From positions 254,343 to 318,342 of the forward strand of contig CBDHCS010000007.1 of the NCBI GenBank assembly GCA_965261125.1: a stretch of 64,000 nucleotides of DNA, read 5' to 3'. The notes below the pieces were generated by a model. The model had not been told where the DNA came from. It saw only the letters and a list, made by a program, of their open reading frames with translations, and ran no database searches. Source of the DNA: Candidatus Poribacteria bacterium. Its GTDB lineage: Bacteria > Poribacteria > WGA-4E > WGA-3G. Below are positions 28,624 to 37,546 of this stretch, one piece after another (positions within the stretch are counted from its first letter, which is position 1; each line of letters begins with the position of its first letter). Position numbers and translations under genes: made by a program.

Positions 28624-29415
28624 ATGGTTGAACTGACATCAGAAGACATTGAATTTTTCAGAGACAACGGTTATTTGATCAAACGGAACGTACTGAACCC
28701 TGAACTCATGGAACAAGCACGGGCAAAGTTATGGGAAGGCGCGCCAGAGGGAAGACTGCGCGAAGACCCAGAAACTTGGGTTGGTCCCTTCAAACCGGAA
28801 GAAGAGAACGAAGATAATTCAAATCGGCGCAAAGGATTTCGCTGGAACTACCGTGAACCCGGCGGTGAAGAATGGATGGTCAAACTGCTTGCTACCGATC
28901 CAAACGTCTGGCACATGGCAGAACAGTTTCTTGGTGAAGGCAATTTGGTGCAACCCCAACGTGTACGTGGAATTTATTGCACACTACCTTACGGAGATGT
29001 GCCAAAAAAGTCAACTGGATGTCACGTAGATGCACATCCGTTTCATCTTGGCGTTGTCGGTTATATTGATGATGTCCCACCTGAAGGTGGTGGGTTTACC
29101 GTTTGGCCGGGAAGCCACAAAGTATTCTATTACGACTACAAATCGCAATATAAGAACGAGCCAACCCCACAATACGATGTTGATAGAGAACGTCTGAGTA
29201 GAGAATCGGGTGTTGATTGTCACGGCAATACGGGTGATATTGTCTTTTGGCATCATCGCATTGGGCATGCTGCTGGACACAACTATTCGTCCCAAATTCG
29301 CCAAGCAGTGCTATACGATTTCCGAAAAACGGAATTGTCAGAAACACAAGAGGAGCCTCCCAATGAAGATATGTGGCGGGATTGGCCCGGCATAAAAGCA
29401 TTGGAAAAATCTTAG
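28624..29415 (+). CDS. Phytanoyl-CoA dioxygenase (PhyH)-family Fe(II)/2-oxoglutarate oxygenase
   Basis: AGGAGG RBS. DIEFFRDNGYLIKRNVL N-terminal PhyH signature. HVDAH and HRIGHAAGHN metal-binding-like motifs. Confidence 0.8.
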   Translation: MVELTSEDIEFFRDNGYLIKRNVLNPELMEQARAKLWEGAPEGRLREDPETWVGPFKPEEENEDNSNRRKGFRWNYREPGGEEWMVKLLATDPNVWHMAEQFLGEGNLVQPQRVRGIYCTLPYGDVPKKSTGCHVDAHPFHLGVVGYIDDVPPEGGGFTVWPGSHKVFYYDYKSQYKNEPTPQYDVDRERLSRESGVDCHGNTGDIVFWHHRIGHAAGHNYSSQIRQAVLYDFRKTELSETQEEPPNEDMWRDWPGIKALEKS

Positions 29416-29448
29416 AATTAGAATGCATCACAATTATATGTCTCGGTA

Positions 29449-30038
29449 GGTGCGGTTCTTTAGCCGCACCTTATGTGTCAATTTAAGAAGATGAATCTGT
29501 TTTGTCTGTGTTAGACAATGTGATCCTGTCTGAACCAGGATTAGCAAATCAACGGTATGAATGCCATTTAGGCATTCCCCGGGATTACAAGGTTTACAAG
29601 ATTGAAGTCTCCACATAGGATTGGACTAATCCTGAAAATCCTATAATCTTGTCCATCTTGGTTCAGACAATTAACAATTCAGACAATACAACTGCTTAAT
29701 GGACACAAAAGCTGGGACAATTTTTCTTAAACAGGACTTACGTAATTCCCGATGTGGTTGGAAACGCGCCGTATGCATCAATTTTAGAAGATCTCTCTTG
29801 TTGGAAGTGTTTTCAACACCGAAAAGTACACATGCAAAGTAGTAGGCACACAGCGTGTGCCGTATCTCAAAGCATGCAAGACGGATGGCACACGGCCTGT
29901 GCCTACTACTTTTAAATCAACGCTAAATTGGCACCTACCGCGTAACAATAGGTGCAATTTCGTGATTTTGCGTAAGTCCTATTAAATTGACGCTTACGGT
30001 GCGGTTCTTTAGCCGCACCTTATGCATCAACTTAAGGA
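29449..30038. repeat. Non-coding composite repeat block bounded by ~40-bp direct repeats
   Basis: ggtgcggttctttagccgcaccttatg occurs at 29449-29475 and 29998-30024, with similarity extending ~14 nt further. The block encloses MITE F2 (29528-29668) and a palindrome with 15-bp perfect arms, aaagtagtaggcaca / tgtgcctactacttt (29836-29913). Confidence 0.7.
29528..29668. mobile_element. MITE family F copy (F2, degenerate) carrying a nested family C unit
   Basis: The ends gtctgaaccaggatt ... cttggttcagac match F1 termini. The interior contains aatcaacggtatgaatgccatttaggcattcccc. Confidence 0.6.
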
Positions 30039-30295
30039 ATTTTGATTTTGAATAATGCTTTATCTTCTCCTCTTTCTTTATCACATCCAGCTGTTGCTGA
30101 CTAAGTAAACAGGTGCCAAAAGGGCAGTTGCGTACGTGTTGATAGACTATTCGTTTTTCTTCAAGAAGTTGATCGCCTAAATACCGTTTCATTACCTTTG
30201 TTTTTGAGATGGAAGATCGCTGAGCAGTTCATCAAATACAGTTGGGTGAAGCCCTTCTTGCAAGACCTAAGCAATGAGAAATATGAGGAACATTT

Positions 30296-31345
30296 ATGAG
30301 TAAAACAAGAAAAGTTGTGATGCGAAATGATGCAGGACGTATTTGGACAGAAGAACAGGAAACCCCTGCTCCGAAACCTGGGCAGTTACTAATTGAAGTC
30401 CACGCATCAATGGTTAGTCCGGGGACAGAGCTTGGCGGTATCAAACGGAGACGGGAGAATCCGGGGGACGCATCACAGCAACGTCCATTTGGATATACGA
30501 ATGCTGGTGTTGTTATCGGCAAAGCGGGAGATTGTGACGAATTTGAGGTTGGCGATAGGGTGGCAGGCATGGGAGGTGGGTATGCGCTGCACGCCACGTA
30601 TGCTTGTGTACCGCATAACTTGTGTGCCAAAATTCCCAATAACGTCAAGTTTGAGGAAGCAGCGTCTATTCACCTTGCAGCAACAGCACTGCACGCTGTG
30701 CAACGCGGACGTATCCGCATCGGAGAAAACGTTGTCATTGCTGGGCTGGGTATTCTCGGACAATTTGCAAGCCAGGTTGCGAAAACTGCTGGTGCTTATG
30801 TCATCGGTTTAGACAGATTGTCGTTGCGGTTAGGGGTTGCCGAAAACGCGGGGATAGATCATGCAATAAATATCTCTGAAATGGATCCGATTCCGATTGC
30901 GAAAGAATTTACCCGTGGCTATGGCATGGATTGTGGGATTATCGCTTTCGGCGGAGATGCCACGAGTGCGTTTCAACAGATCCGCGCAATGTTGAAAACA
31001 GCACCCGATACACACAAAATGGGAAGGATTGTTATTGTGGGAGGCGCAAGTATCACACACGGCTTTGCAGCGGGGCTTGGAAACGTTGATGTAATCAGCG
31101 CGGCTCGAACCGGTCCTGGCTATCATGATGAAGATTATGAGCATGGCGCAGATTATCCGCCTGTGTTTGTACCGTGGCCGACGCAGCGCAACTTAGAATT
31201 ATCGCTGCGGTTAATGTCTGAAGGCAAAATCAATGTTCAAACCGTAATCACTGATATTGTGCCAATTGACCAAGCCGCTGAGGCGTGCGAAAAATTGATA
31301 CAAACACCAAATGAAGCGTTAGGTGTTGTCTTCTCAATGCAGTAA
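30296..31345 (+). CDS. MDR-superfamily zinc-binding dehydrogenase-like oxidoreductase
   Basis: PKPGQLLIEVHASMVSPGTE, GENVVIAGLGILGQFASQV Rossmann motif. The match is full length. Confidence 0.8.
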   Translation: MSKTRKVVMRNDAGRIWTEEQETPAPKPGQLLIEVHASMVSPGTELGGIKRRRENPGDASQQRPFGYTNAGVVIGKAGDCDEFEVGDRVAGMGGGYALHATYACVPHNLCAKIPNNVKFEEAASIHLAATALHAVQRGRIRIGENVVIAGLGILGQFASQVAKTAGAYVIGLDRLSLRLGVAENAGIDHAINISEMDPIPIAKEFTRGYGMDCGIIAFGGDATSAFQQIRAMLKTAPDTHKMGRIVIVGGASITHGFAAGLGNVDVISAARTGPGYHDEDYEHGADYPPVFVPWPTQRNLELSLRLMSEGKINVQTVITDIVPIDQAAEACEKLIQTPNEALGVVFSMQ

Positions 31346-31364
31346 CTTATGTTAGGAAAAAGAA

Positions 31365-32576
31365 ATGGAAATTAGAGCAGCACAAGAATCAGAATTAGAA
31401 CAGGTCATTGAACTGAACTGCATAGCGTTCAATCCGAACCAACATGAACGCTATTGGCAGTATGTGCAAGGTGATAGCAGCTACAGGCTTTCACAGACCC
31501 GAGTCGTTGTTGTGAACAATCGGGTTGTTTCAACTTTGCGCGTTTGGGAACGAAGGATGAGAGTTGGCGCTTCTCTCGTGACAATGGGTGGCATCGGAGG
31601 TGTCTGCACGGATCCAAAATATCGTGGGGTTGGGTATGCATCCGCGCTGATGCAAGACACAATCGGCTATCTGCAGACAATAGGGTGTGACCTTGGTGTG
31701 CTGTTTACGATTATACCGGTAGAATTTTACTGCAGATTCGGGTGGACATCTTTCCCTCTCCACGGTTTTGAGATAAAGTTTAACTCGGCAACGACAACTA
31801 AAAGACCATCGGATTGGCAAATTAGGACTTTCAAATTAGAAACGGATTTAGACACCGTAGCATCAATATATGACGCTGCTAACGCACAACAGAGCGGTAC
31901 CATTTCTCGGACACGCGCTTATTGGGATATGGCACCTTCACGTATACGTGGTATTCTGCCGAATGTTGTCGCACATCAAAATGGCAACATCGGTGGATAT
32001 CTCAACTATGAGATAGATGGTGCATGTGCAAAGGTGCACGAAGTAGGATACAAACCTAAAAACCCTGAAGTATTGGATGTCCTTATATTCCATCTTTTGC
32101 AAGTGTGTGCAGCAGATAAAGTTGAAAAGATAGAAGGGACATTCTCACCGCGACACCCGTTTGCAGAACGCGTTATCACAAGGAATAACGGAGAACAGAG
32201 TCAAATAACTGATACAGCAATGATGCTCTATGCTGTCCGTTTGCCAGTGCTGCTGCGGCACCTCGTAGTGGAATGGGAATCGCAGATTGCTGCTTCAGAG
32301 GAATCGTTTCCGCAACTTGCTGTCAAATTTCCTATTGTCAATGAACAACAAGTAGTGCTGCGTTATGATGGGAATAACACGATTCAAATTTTGGATAACG
32401 TGCCAGATGCGGTTAACTTGGAAATGAGCGAAAAAGATTTTTGGCAACTGCTGTTCGGTGAAATAGGGTGGGAGCAAGTGAATTCAGATGTTTCTGTGCC
32501 TCCAGAAGTTTCTGCATTTTTAGAGACGTTATTTCCAAAGCGCGATGTTATTTTTTGGTACCCAGATCGATATTAA
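31365..32576 (+). CDS. GNAT N-acetyltransferase with a C-terminal SCP2-like domain (Eis-like architecture)
   Basis: GGIGGVCTDPKYRGVGYASALMQD acetyl-CoA-binding motif. The ~400 aa length and three-part layout resemble Eis-type enzymes. Confidence 0.7.
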   Translation: MEIRAAQESELEQVIELNCIAFNPNQHERYWQYVQGDSSYRLSQTRVVVVNNRVVSTLRVWERRMRVGASLVTMGGIGGVCTDPKYRGVGYASALMQDTIGYLQTIGCDLGVLFTIIPVEFYCRFGWTSFPLHGFEIKFNSATTTKRPSDWQIRTFKLETDLDTVASIYDAANAQQSGTISRTRAYWDMAPSRIRGILPNVVAHQNGNIGGYLNYEIDGACAKVHEVGYKPKNPEVLDVLIFHLLQVCAADKVEKIEGTFSPRHPFAERVITRNNGEQSQITDTAMMLYAVRLPVLLRHLVVEWESQIAASEESFPQLAVKFPIVNEQQVVLRYDGNNTIQILDNVPDAVNLEMSEKDFWQLLFGEIGWEQVNSDVSVPPEVSAFLETLFPKRDVIFWYPDRY

Positions 32577-32590
32577 GATAGATAGAAGCT

Positions 32591-33508
32591 ATGGATAAAA
32601 CACACTCAAAATCTCAAAAACAAGGCACCCAGACAAGCGCGTTCGGCACACCTGGCAGAATTAATCACGACTCAAGTGAATTCTATAAAGGCAGGCTATA
32701 CACCAATCAGGAACCTTCAGAACCCGAAACGTGGGTAGAAAACCCAATTCCAACTGAAAACCTTAACCAACTCTATTGTACCTCAAGCGAACAGATGTCC
32801 GAAATTCCAGATGGCAGCATCCATCTGATGGTCACGTCACCGCCCTATAATGTCAAAAAGGAATACGATGACGATCTGTCGTTAGACGAATACAGAGAAC
32901 TCTTACGTAAAGTGTTTGCCGAAACTTACAAAAAATTGGTGACTGGGGGGCGGGCATGTATAAATATCGCAAATTTAGGGCGAAAACCGTATATCCCATT
33001 GCATAGCTACATCATAGAAGATATGTTGGAAATAGGTTACTATATGCGTGGAGAAATCATTTGGGACAAAGCCGCAAGTGCGGGAAGTTCTACGGCATGG
33101 GGGAGTTGGTTGTCGGCAGCAAACCCTGTGCTAAGAGACGTGCATGAATATATCCTCGTTTTCTCAAAAGATACCTTTTCTCGGCAGCGCAACGGTAAAG
33201 AAAATTCTATCTGCAAAGAGGGTTTCTTAGAGTGGACAAAAAGCGTTTGGACGTTTCCTTCTGTTTCTGCCAAACGTATCGGTCATCCCGCCCCTTTTCC
33301 TGAGGAGTTGCCACATCGATTAATTCAACTCTACACTTTCATAGGAGATGTGGTATTAGACCCATTTTGTGGGAGCGGAACAACCTGTTTGAGTGCCGTT
33401 AAATTAGATAGACACTACATCGGTTACGATATTGAAGAAGAGTATATAAAATTGGCAAACGAGCGGATCAGACAGTCCACTGAGCAACTCCGTTTGCCAA
33501 TAGGTTGA
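32591..33508 (+). CDS. DNA methyltransferase, N4/N6 beta-class (motif IV SPPY, then motif I)
   Basis: LMVTSPPYNV (motif IV), HPAPFPEELPHRLI, VLDPFCGSGTT (motif I). No adjacent endonuclease is recognisable. Confidence 0.85.
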   Translation: MDKTHSKSQKQGTQTSAFGTPGRINHDSSEFYKGRLYTNQEPSEPETWVENPIPTENLNQLYCTSSEQMSEIPDGSIHLMVTSPPYNVKKEYDDDLSLDEYRELLRKVFAETYKKLVTGGRACINIANLGRKPYIPLHSYIIEDMLEIGYYMRGEIIWDKAASAGSSTAWGSWLSAANPVLRDVHEYILVFSKDTFSRQRNGKENSICKEGFLEWTKSVWTFPSVSAKRIGHPAPFPEELPHRLIQLYTFIGDVVLDPFCGSGTTCLSAVKLDRHYIGYDIEEEYIKLANERIRQSTEQLRLPIG

Positions 33509-33510
33509 AT

Positions 33511-33754
33511 TATAGTAGAATTTGGAATTTATTGGACACCCTGCACCAGCGAGGTCAGGAAACCTCGCCTACCCAGGGGTGAAGGTGTCTGTTTATAGTA
33601 AAACCCATAATTATTTTCACGGGTACGATTTCGCACCTCCCTGCTGGCGAGGCGGGGAATCATGGCGAATACCATACGCGTATTCGCCATGATTCATACC
33701 GTTGATTTCTTCCTAACCTCGCCCTATGTCCAAGTAATTTTAGATTTTACTATA
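33511..33754. mobile_element. MITE family A-like composite (A5) with nested family E and C-type palindromes
   Basis: The ends are tatagtagaatttggaatttattggacac ... gtccaagtaattttagattttactata. The interior has gcgaggtcaggaaacctcgcc and catggcgaataccatacgcgtattcgccatg. Confidence 0.65.
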
Positions 33755-33778
33755 ATATATAATTTCTCCATAGTAATA

Positions 33779-36082
33779 CTATGGTGAAATTGTATACGTT
33801 TTGCCTGCTTCCGTGTGAAAGCTAACAACATCTCTTGACTGAGAATACTTAACTCGTTGACCATTGCATGTCACAGAGACAGTGCCAGGCGTTCTGACCC
33901 AACAATCATTCCCAAGAGTTGATAACAATTGCGCTTGGGTAAGTTTCCCATTTTCCCATGCCATATCCACTTCAAAACCGCCGCGGGCGCGTAATCCTTT
34001 GACATATCCTGTGTCCCAAGCTTGTGGAAGCGCAGGAAGCAAGTTAACTTCGCCAGCATGGCTCTGTAGCAACATTTCAGCGATACCCGCAGTTCCACCG
34101 AAATTACCATCAATCTGAAATGGCGGGTGCGTATCAAACAGGTTTGTCAAGGTACACCTCGCGAGAAGTGCTTGTAGATGGTTGTATGCCTCCTCTGCCT
34201 CCTCAAACCTTGCAAAGAAGTTGATGAGCCAAGCGCGACTCCATCCTGTTTGTCCGCCGCCGTGTTGCAACCGATATTCCAACGATTTCTTTGCCGCTGC
34301 CGCCAACTCTGGCGTACCGCGTAATGTTATCTGACAACTCGGATGCAGCCCATACATGTGTGACATGTGTCGGTGTCCAGGCTCCGGTTCGTCATAATCG
34401 AATACCCACTCCTGCAGTCGCCCTGTCTTCTCACTAATCTGCAGTGGCGCGAGCCGTTCAAGTGCAGAGACCAATTCTGCGCGGAAATCCGCTTCACCGC
34501 CAAGTACATCAATACAAGCGATGCAATTTGTGAAGAGTTCATGGATAATCTCCAAGTCCATCGTTGCAGCATAAGTAAAAAGGGAACGTTCGCCATCAGG
34601 CTTCAAAAAACTATTTTCGGGTGAGTGGGACGGATTTGTGACGAGTTTACCAGCAACGGGTGTGCCTTCGGGGGCTTCAACGAGGAAATCAAGTACAAAA
34701 CGGGCAGCACCCTTCATCAACGGGTATGCCTGTTTCTTAAGGAATTCCACATCTCCGCCAAAAAGGTAGTGTTCCCACACATGCTCACTCAACCATGCAG
34801 CACCCATCGGAGAGATACCCCAAATACCATCAGCAGGTGTTGTAAACCCCCACACATCGGAGAGATGATGGACAACCCATCCTCCAGCACCGTAGTGGCG
34901 TTTCGCTGTCTGATTACCCGGTTCAACGAGTGTGTCCATATAATCAAAAAGCGGTTTATGGCACTCTGGCAGATTACAGACTTCAGGGACCCAATAGTTC
35001 ATCTGTAGGTTGATGTTGGTATGAAAATCGCTGTTCCAAGGTGCCTTCATATGCTCGTTCCAAATCCCTTGCAGGTTTGCGGGGAGGCAACCCGGTCGCG
35101 AACTTCCCATTAATAGATAACGTCCATATTGAAAGTAGAGTGAAACGAGTCCTGGATCTGCTGCACCTTCTTTCACCGCTGCCAAACGTTCATTGGTCGG
35201 CAAATTTTCCGCATCGGTAGAACCGAGGTTTATGTCAACGCGTCTAAAGAGGGATTGATGTTCTGCGATGTGGTCTGCACGAATTGCTTCATAAGATTTT
35301 GTTTCAACAGCTGCAAGATAATTTTCACAAAGTTCATGTGGGTTTCCACTTGCATCTTTTTGATTAATGTAACTTGTCGCCCCAACGAGTAGAAGGGTAA
35401 CAGCATTCGCGTCATTCACAGAGATTCGGTCACCTTTCGACTGAACTTGCCCATCCTCAACGTTCAATTGTAAATATGCTGAAAACCGAACGATACCATC
35501 GCTGCACTGTCCGCTGAGTCTGAGAGTACTGTCAGAGATGGCTTCAACGGTGGCATCCTGTTCCCGTGTCATCGTAGCATCGAAAGTTATGTGGTTTGAT
35601 GGATCACATTCAATTCGGATGACGATGAGATTGTCTACTGCTGTTGCAAAAACTTCTCTGCTAAAATTGACATCTTCGCAGTGATAGGTCGTTTTCGCGA
35701 TGCCAGTGTCCAAATCCAGTTCTCGGCGATATTCTGTAACATCAGCCTCATGCGGAAATTCCAAGATGATATCTCCTAAAGACTGATACGATTTGACACG
35801 GGATGGTACTCCCAACATCGTTTCGCCTGCAAGTTTTGTTGCTTCGTCGTTTTTATCTTCAAAGAGCAATTGTTGCACTTTCGGGAGTGCTTCTAACGCC
35901 TTTGGGTTGTTAGTATCTTGCGGAGCGCCTTCCCAAAGCGTATCTTCGTTAAGTTGAATGCGTTCGCGTTCAACACCTCCGAACACCATCGCACCGAGTC
36001 GCCCGTTTCCGACTGGAAGTGCGTCTGTCCACTGTTCGGCAGGTTTGTTATACCATAAAACATAATCATTTATATTTTTCAT
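33779..36082 (-). CDS. Glycoside hydrolase family 95 (alpha-L-fucosidase-like)
   Basis: N-terminal [41 protein letters not shown] is the classic GH95 opening. The ~770 aa length fits, as does the NLQGIWN segment. Confidence 0.9.
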   Translation of the reverse strand: MKNINDYVLWYNKPAEQWTDALPVGNGRLGAMVFGGVERERIQLNEDTLWEGAPQDTNNPKALEALPKVQQLLFEDKNDEATKLAGETMLGVPSRVKSYQSLGDIILEFPHEADVTEYRRELDLDTGIAKTTYHCEDVNFSREVFATAVDNLIVIRIECDPSNHITFDATMTREQDATVEAISDSTLRLSGQCSDGIVRFSAYLQLNVEDGQVQSKGDRISVNDANAVTLLLVGATSYINQKDASGNPHELCENYLAAVETKSYEAIRADHIAEHQSLFRRVDINLGSTDAENLPTNERLAAVKEGAADPGLVSLYFQYGRYLLMGSSRPGCLPANLQGIWNEHMKAPWNSDFHTNINLQMNYWVPEVCNLPECHKPLFDYMDTLVEPGNQTAKRHYGAGGWVVHHLSDVWGFTTPADGIWGISPMGAAWLSEHVWEHYLFGGDVEFLKKQAYPLMKGAARFVLDFLVEAPEGTPVAGKLVTNPSHSPENSFLKPDGERSLFTYAATMDLEIIHELFTNCIACIDVLGGEADFRAELVSALERLAPLQISEKTGRLQEWVFDYDEPEPGHRHMSHMYGLHPSCQITLRGTPELAAAAKKSLEYRLQHGGGQTGWSRAWLINFFARFEEAEEAYNHLQALLARCTLTNLFDTHPPFQIDGNFGGTAGIAEMLLQSHAGEVNLLPALPQAWDTGYVKGLRARGGFEVDMAWENGKLTQAQLLSTLGNDCWVRTPGTVSVTCNGQRVKYSQSRDVVSFHTEAGKTYTISP

Positions 36083-36158
36083 AGTTTACCTCTAATTTAA
36101 TAATTTAAACACTAAGAACTGCAGATATTAGAAACTTTTGGATTTGATTCTTAGCCTA

Positions 36159-36941
36159 TTATAGCGTTGAATTATTGAGTTCATGAAGTCGTCTCTCTAG
36201 GTAGGACATTAACTCAAAATGTCCCTGCTGTTTTGATAGGTTCAATGCAGTCTGAAAATCTAATATAGCTTCATCAATTCTACCCAAACCCCATTTTATT
36301 GTTCCACGAAGAGCGTGAGCTTTTGCATGAGTATTCTTCAAATCAATGGTTTTGCCTAAATCATCAATAGCGGCTTCATATTTATTTAGCATGACATTTA
36401 CATTTGCTCTACCCAAATAGGTTTCTGCATTTTCCCTATCAAAATGAATTGCCTTGTCATAATCCTTAAGGGCATCATCATATTTGCCAAGAGCAGTATT
36501 CGCATCACCTCGAAGTTTATATGTTATACCACTATCAGATTCTAGTTCAATTGCTTTATCACAATCCAATATGGCCTCATCATATTCTTCCAAAAAATAT
36601 TTCACCAAAGCAAGACCATGATAGGACCTTGCATTTTCACCTTTTAGTTCAATTGCCTTATTATAGTCATCGATCGCTTCATAATCTACATCTAATGAAA
36701 ATTTTACTGTCCCACGAAGATTGTAGGCATCCGCATAATCTGGTTTTAACTCAATTGCCTTGTCTAAAGCAGAAAGTGCCCGTGCCTTATTGAAATCGGA
36801 GATTGTCTGATTATTATCAAATTTTCTAAAATAGAGATCTCCTAAACAAGCCCCAAACCATTGCAGCAAGTTCATCATCTGTTTCTTTCGCAGTATCAGC
36901 GATAGCGCGCCACTTTTCAATAGCTTCATGGATTTTTCCAT
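36159..36941 (-). CDS. TPR-repeat protein (start uncertain; possibly the C-terminal part of the upstream gene)
   Basis: At least 5 canonical 34-aa TPR units (DKAIELKPDYADAYNLRG..., NKAIELKGENARSYHGLA..., etc.). The 5' end overlaps the 36826-37491 ORF in another frame. Confidence 0.7.
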   Translation of the reverse strand: MEKSMKLLKSGALSLILRKKQMMNLLQWFGACLGDLYFRKFDNNQTISDFNKARALSALDKAIELKPDYADAYNLRGTVKFSLDVDYEAIDDYNKAIELKGENARSYHGLALVKYFLEEYDEAILDCDKAIELESDSGITYKLRGDANTALGKYDDALKDYDKAIHFDRENAETYLGRANVNVMLNKYEAAIDDLGKTIDLKNTHAKAHALRGTIKWGLGRIDEAILDFQTALNLSKQQGHFELMSYLERRLHELNNSTL

Positions 36942-37491
36942 CCTGTTGCAACTTGTACGCTTCAGCTATATCCTTTTTGTTTATGTGAGACGAATCAGGC
37001 TTTTTAGAAATTTTTTCAATGATTTCAGCAGTTTCCTCCTCAGGGTTAGGAATAATTTTTGCAGAGGATTCATCCAGAAAATTGTTTACCAGAGACAATT
37101 TTTCTTTAATGGCTCCGCTATATTTTTCGGAGTCGGATAGGATTTTTCGCACATCGTTCTTAAATCTCTGTGCATCAGATTCAATTTTATCAATTATACT
37201 TCGCGCTTCGATTTCAAGTTTCTGGAATTTCTTTAAGCTAAATATAGTTGCCAATGTAATTAGAATAGGGATTACAACCCCGAAAAAGGCAACAACGATA
37301 CCAAGTACAGCTAACCATTGATCTATATGTTCAGCCCGTCGATCTAATCTTTCATTTCTTTCACGAATTTTATCGTCTACAAGTTTTTGGATTTCAGGTT
37401 CTGTCATCTGTGCAGACAATACCATCAACTCACTTGCAAGCATTACACCTAACAATAGGGCAATTACAACAATTCTCATTTTATTATGCAC
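36826..37491 (-). CDS. Membrane-anchored coiled-coil protein
   Basis: Signal/TM helix MRIVVIALLLGVMLASELMVLSA, second TM helix WLAVLGIVVAFFGVVIPILITLATIF, then a helical region. The C-terminus begins a TPR-like helix pair (AEAYKLQQDGKIHEAIEKWRAIA). Confidence 0.6.
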   Translation of the reverse strand: MHNKMRIVVIALLLGVMLASELMVLSAQMTEPEIQKLVDDKIRERNERLDRRAEHIDQWLAVLGIVVAFFGVVIPILITLATIFSLKKFQKLEIEARSIIDKIESDAQRFKNDVRKILSDSEKYSGAIKEKLSLVNNFLDESSAKIIPNPEEETAEIIEKISKKPDSSHINKKDIAEAYKLQQDGKIHEAIEKWRAIADTAKETDDELAAMVWGLFRRSLF

Positions 37492-37546
37492 ATTTTCCTC
37501 CAGGTAAATAGGTTCTTTGAATGAACAGGATTAATTTGAGAACACA

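Noticed and set aside
29434-30192. ORFs 29434-29616 and 29935-30192 in the repeat-filled spacer
   Set aside because: Both obtain their shared HKVRLKNRT peptide by reading through the two copies of the same direct repeat. Neither has an RBS, and they lie inside nested palindromes.
30232-30812. ORFs 30232-30648 (-), 30393-30812 (+) and 30473-30763 (-)
   Set aside because: All overlap the well-supported MDR dehydrogenase gene (30296-31345) in other frames and lack motifs.
32591-33508. Complete restriction-modification system around the SPPY methyltransferase
   Set aside because: The upstream gene is a GNAT acetyltransferase. Downstream lie a MITE and a convergent GH95 gene. No nuclease candidate is present.
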